Notes: generated by a model from the letters alone, not told the origin. A DNA stretch of 64,000 nucleotides from Heterodontus francisci (GCF_036365525.1 NC_090393.1:20693195-20757194), one strand, 5' to 3'. Counted from the first letter of the stretch, positions 1 through 12,549 are shown. Translations and numbers: made by a program.

Positions 1-265
1 CTGGCTTGATAGTAATGGTAGAGTGGGGGATATGCTGGGCCATGAGGTTACAGTTTGTGGTTGAGTACAATTCTGCAGCAGCTGATGGCCCACAGCGCCT
101 CATGGATGCCTAGTATTGCATTGCTAGATCTGTTCGAAATCTATCCCATTTAGCATGGTGGTAATGCCAATCAACACGAAGGAGGGTATCCTCAATGTGA
201 AGGCGGGACTTCGTCTCCACAACGACTGTGCGGTAGGCACTCCGACCAATACTGTCATGGATAGT
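1..265 (-). mobile_element. LINE endonuclease-region fragment
   Basis: Reverse frame reads HDSIGRSAYRTVVVE...WHYHHAKWDRFRTDL, like the end of a LINE AP-endonuclease (degenerate SDH motif); absent from unit B. Confidence 0.55.
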
Positions 266-460
266 ATTTTAAGCCTTCCTTATGTTTTATCTCATTCTGC
301 ACATGAATTCTAATTAAATCGTAAGCATTTTCAGATACAGGCTGATCAGTGGCAATGATTAATATGCAGTGTATATAGTTGGAACTAATTCTAATTCAAT
401 CCAGTTGCAACAATGCAATATCAAAACTCAATTTAAAGTTATTAGTATTGCTATTAATTT

Positions 461-913
461 TCAAATCTCCCTGCCACCACGGAGACGCAGGTTGATGTTG
501 ATGAGAGAATGGTGCTTAATTTCATAATATTCCAGTGTGTATCTGTCTTCTAGTGGCCTCGACTGAAAGGTCAGGTAGTACTGGTGTGACGAAATGTGCT
601 CCAGGGATTCAATTTTATTTTTCAGACTCAAAACTGTGTCAGTTGGCAACACTTCAATTTTATGCTTACGTCCCTCTGCATTCTTAACGGATATCTCGAT
701 GAATAAGTGGAGTGTTGCATCAAAGAATATTCCAGACTCCAGCAAGGATTTGTTGTCAATGAGCATGGTTTCATTAAACCTCAGGCGTTGCTTGTGAGCT
801 GGAATGTTCTGGTCTTGCTGGATTCGTTCCTTGATCATTGAGATCTTGTTGTCAATGTTGACATTCAGGCGAAATGACAAACCGCCCAGGCCGATGACAA
901 AACCCTTCACTGG
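461..913 (-). CDS. OASL: OASL-A exon 6: tandem ubiquitin-like domains, LRLRGG-REI
   Basis: Acceptor ttttgttctcgtcttag|CCA, phase 0 with exon 5; two UBL patterns; TGA at 461-463. Confidence 0.88.
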   Translation of the reverse strand, partial: PVKGFVIGLGGLSFRLNVNIDNKISMIKERIQQDQNIPAHKQRLRFNETMLIDNKSLLESGIFFDATLHLFIEISVKNAEGRKHKIEVLPTDTVLSLKNKIESLEHISSHQYYLTFQSRPLEDRYTLEYYEIKHHSLININLRLRGGREI

Positions 914-3900
914 CTAAGACGAGAACAAAACATGACATTAAAAATATCTTTTTTTATTTTGGGGGGGCAGCAAAAGACAGTCAGTGATGTTCTTTTTTCA
1001 TAAGTTTTTCAATAATTATATTTCCCTAATTTTCTTGCTGTCTCTCCTGATTGATTCTTGCTGGGGTGATAACCAGACTCCAGTACCTCACAGAAATGGC
1101 CACTGTTCTTGTATAAGCTTAGACAGTAAGTGTTGTTCACCATTCAACAAAGTCTGATCCTGTACTTAACTGATGATCACACATGTACAATATATGGTCA
1201 GTGGGAATCTCAGCTGCTTCTTTCCCCACCTCCCATGCAGGGGTGCTGAGGCCAATTGTAGCAGTCCCACAGTCACCCAGCTGACACCAGCTAATTCAAT
1301 ACGGACTGAGGATTGAAGCTGCGGAGTTTCTGACTTTCCATATGCCTTTAATACTTGACAGCTGGGCTATGATTACCAGCCCAAATGAAAAGAATGAAAT
1401 ATCCAATTAAGGATTGAGGTAAGTGATGAGAACAATGGCCTTTCACCTCAGTGATCTGAATTCCGATCTATTCTCGACAGAAGCAACTCTGGGATCTAAC
1501 AACACAATCTACGGAATTTCTACTATAGACATTGCCTTGTATCAAAACGTTATCATTTATTAAAACTGTTTTACCTGGACATCCCATTCTCGGACTCCAG
1601 AGACACATAGCATGTTCATGCATTTCACGGCCTCATTTACCATCACGTCCCATCCAGTAGATGAAGCAACATTTCCAGTTGGATCAGCTGGGTCAAGAAT
1701 AATTGGCCTGAAAAATAAAAAGGCCAGAGTTTGCTGGAAACTGATGGTGAGTTTAATGATACTCTCTGTTATTAGTGTGGAAATCATCCAGCAATTCTGT
1801 TGCAAGGAAGCGATACCCATGAGTTGCCCATTGCTATAAACTGCTGGTCGATTTGAGCTGCTCTGTCAATAGCTTCACTGTCAACCTCCTTGTGCAGTTC
1901 AAGAAATTGCTGCATTTGTGTATTATTTAGGAATTAACCTCATGCAGAAAGTCAGTGTTCCAACACAGCCACCTGCCTGCCCTGCCTCCAGACTGCACAA
2001 AACAAGGTGATGTTGGCTGTGTCAAGCTGGGGAATGTTGCCCAGAATCTCACTAAGGGGCCTACTCAGAAAAAAGTAAATTCTGCCTTCATTCCTCTTCT
2101 GCTCATCAGGAAACTGGCACACCATTTCTCACTCAGTTTATTGATCTTCCAACTGGGTCCCTTTGAGGCCAAGGATACATGAAATTACAGCCTAGAGAGT
2201 TCTTACCCTCAGCCTCAGCTTTGTCAGTGGCCTTGTGTGGGCCAGGAAGGGGCTCCAGTCCCTAATTCTGGAACCATTTAAGAACCAATAGACACTACAG
2301 AGAAGGGTCTTTCTGGATGGGTGATTTAAGATGGATCGTTCGGCCTTCCTGATCCGTAATTCTATTGTGATATTGTAAATTGCAGCAATTTGCATTTATA
2401 TAGCACTTTTAATTTCATAAACATTCCCAGACATTTCAGACAGAAGAAACAGATGCTGAGCAGGAATAGAATCCGAGGATCTGACCAAAGGTTTTCAGGA
2501 GGTTATTGAAAGTGGGAGAATTTGTAGTGAGGTGAAGAAATTTCTGGAGAGTTCCATAAAGTGGGACCAAAATGGCTGCAAGCTTTGCTACTGATGGCAA
2601 ATAAGAGGAGGTTCAGGGGGAATGAGCTGGAACAATGGCTGGAGGAGGTTGCAGATCAAGTGTAGGATGAAGAGATGAGTTGGTAATGAGATTTGTAAAT
2701 AAGGGTAAAGATTTTAAGACCTTAAAAATTAGTTGAGGAAGGAGCTACAGCAGAATATTTGGTGGGAGTTAAACACGGGCCGGAATTTTACATTGGGTGG
2801 GAGGCCCTGCCCACTGGCTGAAAAGTCGATGATGAGTGTGCCTCCGCTGGGCCTGGGAGCCAGGCTGGGATTTTACAATCCCCAGGTCCTAAACTGGTCT
2901 TGAGTGGGATTTCCACCTCCTTGAGGCAAGAAGTCCCACCTAATGGAGCTGCCGGCCAATCAGTGGGCCGGCAGCTCTTAGTCCCAACAGCACCACCAGG
3001 AGCAGTGGCCACTGCTGGGACTACACCCTGCCATTGGAGGCAAAAGGAAGGATGGCCCTGGAACTCAGGTTAAGTGTTTAGGACCTTGCCGGGGACAATT
3101 GCCTGGGCCCTGGCGAGGCACGTTAGTTGGGTGGAGGTGGAGGGAGGAGAGTGTTGTGCATTGGGGGTGGTTGGAGCTTCTGGGTAGCCCTCTGAGGGGC
3201 ATAGGGTGCCCAATTAGGAGAGCCCACCCCCAGCCTGCAAGAAGGCCACGTTGTTTAACCAGGCAGGGTTCTTGGGGCATTTGCCATCTGGCCACCTGGG
3301 GTAAAATATCCGTGGTGGCGGGAGGGGGCCCTTAAGTGGCAGTTAATTGGCCATGTAAGGGCCTTGATTGGCCTGGGGTGGGCTGGCCGTATCTCGCCTC
3401 TGCCGCCCTGTGTAAAATTGCCGTGGGGGCAACCCCCCCACCTCCCACTCAATTTTACACCCCCTCCACCGCACACCTCCCCCCCCACCCACCCCCCACC
3501 ACCAGCCTGCTCAATGTGGGGGCATAAAATTCCAGCCACAATCTTGCATTACAATGGAGCATTGTCAGGACTGCTGCCTCTTAGGCACATTTTCATACTT
3601 GAACTGTGTGTCAGGTTGACTCTCACTGCTAATATTGAGCTGCACATCCATCACATTCAAATAACGCAGCCAACATGTCACTTATTTGTCACCCATGATG
3701 CCAAAGTTAAGGACAAATATTAACGATCAAGTGAACTGGACCCCAAATATTTCTTGAATCGGCCCCGTTACTTGGGAGCTGTTCAAAGAAGTGAAGCAGC
3801 TCTAATTGGTATAGTTTTAAACAGGGTTGAAGATTTTACCTGTTGCCACTCAGTTTCTTTATTAGAAAGTCTGCAACGACTCTATTATTGACATCGTACT

Positions 3901-6900
3901 CCTTGGTCCAGTAGATGCACAGCTCCTGATATCTGCAGATCAGTTTCAGGACTGTTCGGAAACCATCAGCCATGACAAATCTTTCCTGTCCACTTCCTTG
4001 CTCCCAGGCATAAATAGTCAGCAGCTCCACTGCATACTTAGCAGGCAGGCGTGCTCCAGCTTTCAGCTCAAATTTCCGTGGCTTCACATACTAGGGTAAA
4101 TGGTTGACAAATATAAAGACAGAAATGTGATATTTCAAGTATTCACTCCTCCTCCCATCCTGTATTTTGGTTTCCATACTGTGATATTTTATTATTCTAA
4201 CCGGACCAAACAACTTCCCTGATAGTGCCAGCTGGGGCTATACCCAGCCCAATACTGCTGTATAAGCATTCGCTAAGAAGTCCACCACATCTGCCCAGAA
4301 TGGCCCTCATTCCAACTCTTTCTCGTTCCATTGGATGAACTGCCTAATCTCTGCACAAAGATAAGGCTGAGAAGACAAACTCTCCATGTGGAAACTGTAG
4401 ACATGAACCTATAGAATAGTGGGTTGGAGAGTCAGGAGTCAAAAGAAAGGAAGTTCTTGGAATTAGACTGAACTGAAATTGGGCCTCGGGCATTATCAGC
4501 AAATTGCTGGGAATCTGCGGATGCCAATCAGATACAAAACAGCAGCTCATAGGCTCCAGGAGACCAAAGTTGGGCCAGCTGCCTCTCCAGGAACGGCCAT
4601 CAGATAGTGAGAGGGTGGGGAGGTAGGTGATGGTGGGCCGGCAGCAGTCTTCAGGAATGCTGTGGAACTGGGAGAAGTTCTAGGAAGTGCCTCTTGGCTC
4701 CACATAAAGACAAGTATAAAAAATGTACTTACATTGAGGCCACTTGTCGACGCAAAAATCTGAAGGGGAACAGATCCGATGCGTACGTCACGTCCTTAAA
4801 GAGCCATTAGGCCCCTCATTAATATAGTCAAGGAGCCGAGCGCCTGTTTTGAACAGCTGCCCAGGATACTGTAAATTGTTTGAGGCCATTATAGCATTGG
4901 ACATATTTCAGGCACCTTTGGTGTTGATTTTTGTGCCTATTTCCACTGGAAAAATAGCACAAGTATCAATTTCTAACCCATTGTTTTTCAATTGATCCCT
5001 CAGTTATGAACTAACTTTTGTTTGATTCTCTTTTGCTGTGAATTCTAGAGTTACTTGGCAATGGAAGATTGGATGGAGCCTTTGGTTGTAAATTGAAGGA
5101 TACTGATGAAAAATGGAGAAGGTCACTCGAAGACACACTGTTCAGGGACTGGGTGAAAAGTAAAAGATTTCAGGGTAAAAACCCTGATCCTCACTCCAAA
5201 TGGGAAGCCATGGTCGAAGGATTGAGGCTCCATTTCTGACCATGTTTCTCAGTCCACAAAATATGGGATCAGGGCATTTGCTCTTTAATTGCTTTGAGAA
5301 TCAAGATCTGGTATAACATGTGTTCAACCTAAACCAGAAGATGTACAGGAGTTCTCCCCTTCTTCCAAATTATTTTCAACAGAGGAGAAGCAAGAATCTT
5401 TATTTATTCAAATACTGACACTGACTTTCTATGGGTTTGTCAACCTCCAGTTGTAATTTCAGTGGAGACTGGTGGAACTCCCAGAGAAACAGCACAAATG
5501 GACATTTCTCCAAAAGGTTTGGCTATCTCCCACCATGCAATCATTCCAGGTTTTCATCTGCAGTGTTTGTCAATGGAGTAGCTACTGGTGGAAGTCGAGA
5601 CACAGAAGGAAGCAATCTTTTTATTTTTGGTGCAACAATCCTCCCAAATCCTCCAAGCATTAAACAACTTCCATGTTCCCCAATCACTCACCTGTTTGTA
5701 CCAATATTTTAGCAGGCGAATCAAGTCTTTAAGTTTTGAAGGACGTTGCTTCACAAATTTTCTCTGAAGCTCAGTAAAACAGGCCGAAAATTCCCCATTT
5801 ACATCTTCATTTTCATTTACAAAATTGATCAGCTCGAGATGGGCTACACTTGCATTGTCCTGTCCCACTGCAAGATATTAAATGATTAATGAACATCTTC
5901 CTGCACTTGCAAGTGTATCAGAAGACAGGTACTCAACAAAAGCAATCCAATTAGATCATTACTCTAATAGACCATTTATATCTGCTTTTTAGTGGATGCT
6001 TCCTAATTTATTTAATCTCATGAAAGCTTCTCACATTCCCAAAGGTGCCCACAATTAGGTGTCTATAGATAGAGCCATAGAGTCATTTACGGCGTAGAAG
6101 AAGGCCATTCTCATCCCATCCCACAGTAAGAGGATTGATACTTGACCTGGTCCAAAGTATCTGCAGAGCAAGAAGGTCCCAGGTTTTAGTCCTTATCTCA
6201 GCCAGGGTAGCAGTGGATAACTACAAGTGATCTCAGTGTCCCTGGTTTGGGAAGTGATATAAAATATAGTCAAATATAGTAGTTTTTTGATACCTGATCA
6301 CTACCCAGTGACCCCTTCTGGAAAGTGTACTACGTGTGGCCATCAGATACCAACATAGGAATTCGGAGCAGGAGTTGGCCACTCGGCACTTTGAGCCTGC
6401 TCCGCCATTCAGTAAGTTCCTGGCTGAACTGACTACTCCATATTTCCACCTACTCCTGATAACCTTCCATCCCCTTGCTTATCAAGAATCTATCTTCCTC
6501 TGTCCTTAAAAATATTCAAAAACTCTGTTTCCCATTGCCTTTTAAGGAAGAGAATTCCAAAGACTCAGAACCCTCTGAGAGAAAAAAATCTCTCTTAAAT
6601 GGGCAACACATCTCTTTTCTCACCCTTTGCCCTCTCTAACAGAACACAAATACTGCCAGACATACTGAGTCTTTTCAGCATTTTCTGCTATTATTTCAGA
6701 TTTCCAGCATCCACGGTATTTTGCTTTTGTTTTGCTGTTGACACTCTTGTCTTGGTATGAGAAATGATCAGCTGGGAAAAGTACCAGGGCCTTTTGGTGG
6801 CCAAGAAACGGAATCACTTCCTTTAGAAAAGGAGGGAAAAGAGAACAAATCTCAGACATTAACTTAAAGAAACAATCCTGGGTCGATTTTCAGAGTTATT

Positions 6901-8977
6901 ATCTGAGACTTCCCATCATCATCATTGTGTTAACGCCAATGTTAAAATGATGCCAATCATAAACTGGGGCTAATATGCCTCATGACTTCTCCTGTTAAGG
7001 GTCCGCAATATATCTGTGATAGTCTATTGTATCTGATCCTATCAGAAAAGCGAATTGAAACATATTCCTCCCAACAACAACTCTAATAATAAATGGAACT
7101 CAGCTCTGCATCATCTGAACTAGGAACAGAACATGTGATGGAGCAAAGTGGATAACGTGCACTTTATTCCCGTCTTTCTTGATGAGTAGCAGAGGCTCAT
7201 TGAAGAATTTAAATTAAACTGGAGCTTTAATGATATAAATTGTTATAAATTCTTACTTAATGCATCAAAGGTTGGCAAAACATCAAAATTCACACTGCCT
7301 GAATTCTTCTTTGATTTCAGTGTGAAGCTCATGGATTTTGGCGGGATGCCGCTGTTCTGTGTTATAGTGATATTGATATCACTGATCTCATACGCAATGC
7401 TTGATTTACATATTTCCAGTATTTGCTGAATTTCCTCAAGAATTTCATGCCTGGTTTCCCTCTGGTCCTGGAAATTCTTGAAACAACTGAGGAAGACGAC
7501 CAGATCCGCATCTGAGCCCTCTCTTAAAGCTGTTCCTTTCCCTGATGATCCTCCCTGAGGAGAGGAGGAAGAATAAAACATTATTTATGTATTATTTATA
7601 TTTCAGATACTGGTGAACTTACCCATTCCTTAAATATTGCATAAAGATAACGCCATTTGTTTTCTTCAGTCTTGAACAATCAGGCTCTCTGTATCATTGC
7701 TTTGAGCTCGGAATTCACACTGATACAATGTTTGCTGCCACTTTCCTTTTGATCTTTTCCCTCTTGCCCTCTTTTCATGAAGCTGCTGACTTGCTGAGAC
7801 AGTTTCACGAGCACTCATCAGCAATTCCCCGAATTATCTATTCTTCATATGTGGTCTTTGGCCACAGGTGTCAACAGGCTATTCAACTATGCCGAGAATC
7901 GCAACTCAATTTTGTCCTGTACATATAAAGTAGACTTTCAGCAAAGGTGACTGGAAAGTGAGCAGGATTGGAGACCCTGGGCTGATAGTCCTTCTTACCG
8001 AGTGCGTTGTGGTCAATTTTAACACCTACACCTGTCATCAACAGAGTGGTTTTGCCCTATTTGAGGATTTGGGGGTGTGGGGGGGGGGGCTTGCTATAAT
8101 TCCTGTCTTTCCCATCTTAACCACTGACAGAGCCAGTGCTAAGTCAGAATCTACTAAATAACTTTCTGTTTAAGCATGAGAATAAAATCATAAGATGCAA
8201 ACCACGTCTTTCTCTCTTTCTCTCTGTCTGAATTGGAAACTCACATTATTGTATCCCTTTAGAATTAAAATTGTTTTAAAAGTGTGTTGTCACTTTAAGA
8301 ATTCGAACTCTTGTTGATTTTGAGGAGCATATTTAAAGCATGTTGTACTTTTGACAGCGGTACATCTCAATGAAGTTCTTTAAGAGGAACAGATTTGAAG
8401 TAAATGTTCCCTTTAACAGAAGTCCATCGAAAGGCACAGAACCTTTAAAACAAGCAGGTCAAAAACATTCTGTCCCTTCGGGTAAAAAATCCCCATTTGG
8501 TCCAGATTTTCCGAGAAACATTCGACATCTACACAGAATTCCCAGGAAATGATGGCGATCTCACCCAATCCCGTTAATTTAGATGAGATACTGGAGGCAA
8601 CTGGCACTGGTGGAACTGAATCCCACAGCGAGACCACAACATTTGGAGAAATGGAGTTTAGCGCAGAAAACAGGAAATTTAATGTTTCAAAATGAGCAAT
8701 CACGAGAAAACATCTCCATACTTAAGCAAGGCAAGGTACCTGATATTGAAAATAGTAATTTATTGTAAACACTAGTAATTCCATAATCTCCATGAAAATA
8801 ACTTACTTTAACAGCTCTGATCACTTTGATCGTGGGTTGTTTGATAAAACATCGATTCCTTAAAAAATCGCAGATTCTGTGCACTGCGTTCCTCACTTTG
8901 ATGTTAAATTCATTTGGTTCCAGGTTATTTTTAATGAAATCGTCCAGATTCCTGGGTTCAGTTTCGTATAACCCCAT
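461..8977 (-). CDS. OASL: OASL-like gene copy A: OAS domain + two UBL domains, 493 aa; join complement(8807-8977, 7257-7554, 5692-5867, 3840-4090, 1575-1707, 461-913)
   Basis: Six exons with GT-AG junctions stay in frame (intron phases 0,1,0,2,0; 1482 nt). Kozak accATGG at 8977. OAS motifs: [69 protein letters not shown]. Last exon encodes two UBLs ending [10 protein letters not shown]. Confidence 0.93.
1575..1707 (-). CDS. OASL: OASL-A exon 5
   Basis: Acceptor ttttcag|; [13 protein letters not shown]...WDVQ; donor CAG|GTAAAA. Confidence 0.92.
2778..3537. mobile_element. GC-rich non-autonomous TIR element (Harbinger-like MITE) in OASL intron 4; copy at 31739-32513
   Basis: Termini GGCCGGAATTTTA ... 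TAAAATTCCAGCC. Confidence 0.6.
3840..4090 (-). CDS. OASL: OASL-A exon 4
   Basis: Acceptor ccctag|; [14 protein letters not shown]...GFRTVL...LCIYWT; donor AG|GTAAAA. Confidence 0.92.
5692..5867 (-). CDS. OASL: OASL-A exon 3
   Basis: Acceptor ttgcag|; [11 protein letters not shown]...[11 protein letters not shown]; donor CAG|GTGAGT. Confidence 0.92.
7257..7554 (-). CDS. OASL: OASL-A exon 2 (nucleotidyltransferase core)
   Basis: Acceptor cctcag|; [16 protein letters not shown]; donor A|GTAAGA. Confidence 0.92.
8807..8977 (-). CDS. OASL: OASL-A exon 1 ([16 protein letters not shown]...KVIRAVK)
   Basis: OAS N-terminal LDxFI motif; donor AAA|GTAAGT. Confidence 0.9.
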
Positions 8978-9020
8978 GGTTCCAGCTTTCACACAATGTG
9001 AGGTTGGTGTGACCGCAGTT

Positions 9021-9236
9021 CCTTATAAACCAGTTGCCGCGCCTTCTTTAAATATTCCAAAAATAGACGCAATTATTAAGACTTTCCAACTAACATATGA
9101 CATGCTGTCCATCAATGATTTGGATCTCCACCCAGTACAAAGTTTATATTTGCCGCTGATTCCACATCAACCGAAAATCCGTTTCAATTTCCTCAGAAAT
9201 TTCGCTCTGTTGAATTAGCTTTCAGTTTCATTTCCC
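9021..9236 (-). promoter_or_regulatory. OASL-A promoter: TATA-like box and two ISRE clusters
   Basis: Minus strand TTTATAA (about 9023-9029), GGAAATTGAAAC (9181-9192) and GGGAAATGAAACTGAAAGCT (9217-9236) matching GAAANNGAAA. Confidence 0.75.
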
Positions 9237-10129
9237 CAGTTAGCAGAGCAGTCCGTAAATTTCAACACCTTACAGGCACTGATCACGAGTTAATAAAAAG
9301 AAAGGCTTCCGTTCACGACCACAAGATGTCCCAAAGCCTTTACAGCCAATGAAGCATATTTGCAGTGCAGTCACTATTTTAATGTAGGAAAGTAATGGAA
9401 AATATAACCGTAGCTTCCTTCCTTCCAACATCTCAAGTATGTAATCGGTGCCGATTTTACAGCACAGTCTGACAGGGGAAACGACCAAGAAAATACATCT
9501 CTGAAATTCACTTTTAATCCCAAAGGGAATTTGTTAGAAATAATCCAACTCTAAAGTTGGAATCCCTGCCACAGTGCTGCTGACATGCCTGCCTTCAGAG
9601 GAGAACTGCAGCCACAGTATTGGATTCTTGGGATCTAAATGTTCATCTGTGGCCCCTTTAGTTTTCTATTTTGATCCCTATTCCTCTCTCTTTCTTCAAG
9701 GTGTTGATTCATATTATGCTACCACCAGTCCCCAGTTCCTCACTGAGGTTTGATGTTACAGTCAGAGGCATCAAAGCTGAGCCCTGCCTGATCTCAGTCA
9801 ACAGCTCAGCTTCTGCCATTTCTGCCACTCGCGAAGTGATATCAGCACCAAACAGATCTTCCCCTCCTCTGCCCTGCCCTCCCAGCACTCCAAAAGGATT
9901 GTTCCCTCTGTTACATTCAGGTTCACTTTTCCATCATCTTTACACCTTTCTGCCTTGCCTTAGTACCTTTGCATGTAAGTACAGAAGATGCAACACCTTC
10001 CCTTTCACCTCTTCCCACACCACTGTTCACATCCTTAAATGCTCCTTCTGTCTGAGCCTCAGCACTACATTAGTTTTCATATGTACAGCGAAAACACCTA
10101 GCTCGACTTCACCACCACCTCTCTCGACT

Positions 10130-10920
10130 CCTCCACTGTTATTAAATTATCAGGCTGCTTATCTGACATCCATTACTGGATGAGCAGAAATGTTTTCCAA
10201 TTAAATATTGGGAAGACTGAAGCCATTATTTTTAGTCCATGCTCCAGACTCCATTCCTTAGCTCCCGACTCCATGCCTCTCCCTGGCAACAGTCTGAGAT
10301 TAAACCAGTCTGTTCGCAATCTTGGTGTCGCATTTGATCCTGAGATGAGATTCTGACCTCATATTCACGCCATCACAAAGGCCGCCTCTTTTCACCTCCA
10401 TAACATCATTTGACTTCGCCCCTGTCGCAGCTCATCGGCTGCTGAAACCCTCATTCATGGCTTCGTTACCTGTAGACTTGACTATTCCAATGCACTCCTG
10501 ACTGATCTCCTACATTCTACCCTCCATAAACTGGAGGTCATCCAAAACTCTGCTGTTCATGTCTTAACTCACACCAAGTTCTGTTCCTCTATCACCCCTG
10601 TGCTCGCTGACTTACATTGGCTCCTGGTCAAGTAACATCTTGATTTTAAAATTCTCATCCTTGTTTTCAAATCCCTCCATGCCTCGACACTCCCTATTTC
10701 TGTCATCTCCTCCAGCCCCACAACCCTCCAAGATATCTGCACTCCTCTGATTCTGGCCTCTTGAGCATCCCTGATTATAATCACTCGGCCATTGGTGGCT
10801 GTATCTTCAGTTACCTAGGGCCTAAGCTCTGGAATAGCCTCCCCAAATCTCTCTGCCTCCCCACCTCGCATTCCTCCTTTGAGACACTCCTTAAAACCTA
10901 TCCCTTTGATGAAGCTTTTG
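10130..10920 (+). mobile_element. L2-type LINE 3' fragment
   Basis: Degenerate LNIGKTEAI, RNLGV.FD, AETLIH.FVT.RLDYSNALL motifs. Confidence 0.7.
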
Positions 10921-11600
10921 CTTCTTCTTCTTTGGCCTCCTTGTCTCGAGAGACAATGGGTAAGCGCCTAAAGGTGGTCAATGGTTTGTGAAGCAGCGCT
11001 TGGAGTGGCTATAAAGGACAATTCTAGAGTGACAGACTCTTCCACAGGCGTTGCAGATAAAATTGGTTGTCGGAGCTGTTACACAGTTGGCTCTCTCCTT
11101 GCACTTCTGTCTCTTCTCCTGCCAACTGCTAAGTCTCTTCGACTCGCCACTCTTTAGCCCCACCTTTATGGCTGCCCGCCAGCTCTGGCGATCACTGGCA
11201 ACTGACTCCCACGACTTGTGGTCAATGTCACAGGACTTCATTTCACGTTGGCAGACATCTTTAAAGCGGAGACATGGATGGCCGGTGGGTCTGATACCAG
11301 TGATTAGCTCACTGTACAATGCGTCCTTGGGGGTCCTGCCATCTTCCATGTGGCTCACATGACCAAGCCATCTCAAGCGCCGCTGGCTCAGGAAGGTGTA
11401 TATGCTGGGGATGTTGGCCACCTCGAGGACTTCAGCATTGGAGATACTATCCTGCTACCTGATGCCAAGGATTCTCCAGAGGCAGCAAAGATGGAATGAG
11501 TTGAGACATCGCTCTTGGCTGACATACGTTGTCCAGGCCTTGCTGCCGTAGAGCAAGGTACTGAGGACACAGGCTTGAAACACTCGGTTGTGTTAATGGG
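10921..11600 (-). mobile_element. RTE-clade LINE 3' fragment
   Basis: ORF 10978-11421 RRLRWLGHV..M...R.PK..LYSEL, CxxC zinc motif, (GAA)n tail. Confidence 0.8.
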
Positions 11601-12549
11601 ACAAATATTACAGATCCCCCCGTGGTCGAGGGTTGTGGTGAGGGGGCCGGAAAATGCCTCCATGAGAGGTCCGCCTGGGCCTTGATGCCGGGAAGGTTCG
11701 GCCTGATATTGCTGGCAGCGGCGAGGCCTCGTGGCAGCCCCGCTTTCCTCCCCCACACCACCCCCCCACCAGCCACTCGACGACAGGGGCCACATCTGAA
11801 TATGTTAATTAATTTAAATTAACAAATAAATTACCGACCTGCTCCCGACGTCTGCTCTGGAGCGATATTGCTGCATGTGGCTGGCACTCCCGTGCCCTCG
11901 GGTCCCCATCCGGGGATCCAAGGAGGAACACTGCTGGGGAGGGGGCAGCAGGTAAGGTTTACAGTGCAGGGTTGGGGAGTAAGTGGTATCAGATTCATGT
12001 CATTGGTCTAGGGGTGGTGGGAAGGTCTAATGTTTAAAGTTTATGAACTTTGGGGGGAAGGTCAAGAGCACGAGGTAAGTGCTTTGAGGGGGGAGAGGGC
12101 AAGTAATGAATTTTATGGTCGTTGCGGGGGATGGGAGAGGGTCAGGATTACTTTCTTTAATTTTTTAATTCATTTTTCTTTAAATATTTAAATTGCTCTG
12201 CGGGGCTCGAAGCCCTTTAAAATGGCATCAGCACCTACGGAAAGTCTGCTGACACCATTGCCGGGTATGGACCGCCCACCTCCTCCACATCATAGGATAA
12301 TAATATCGCGGTGGCTCCGTTACGTGCAGGCCGCACAGGCAGACCACCACAGTTCATGGCAGCGGACATGTAAAATGTAGCCCAATATCTTCTTATGTGG
12401 CTTGGTGTCATGTTTTGTTTAAATGCTCCTGTGAATCTCCTTGGGACATTTTATTATATTAGAGGTGCTCTATAAATAAAGGTTGTTGTTGTTGAAACAT
12501 CAATTTACATGTTCTTCCTCCAAGCTAATACAAAGTATTTGCTGCTCAC

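Noticed and set aside
461-910. Stand-alone 149-aa di-ubiquitin gene (also 29425-29874)
   Set aside because: The ORF starts at GTG just after a strong splice acceptor in phase with OAS exon 5; it is the last OASL exon
2788-3723. Cluster of overlapping Pro/Gly-rich ORFs and G-quadruplex-like tracts
   Set aside because: Products of a GC-rich MITE; frames differ between the two units
7480-7488. CFK oligomerisation motif of OAS1
   Set aside because: This CFK is in exon 2; the described motif is near the end of the OAS domain, where this protein has LCVSG
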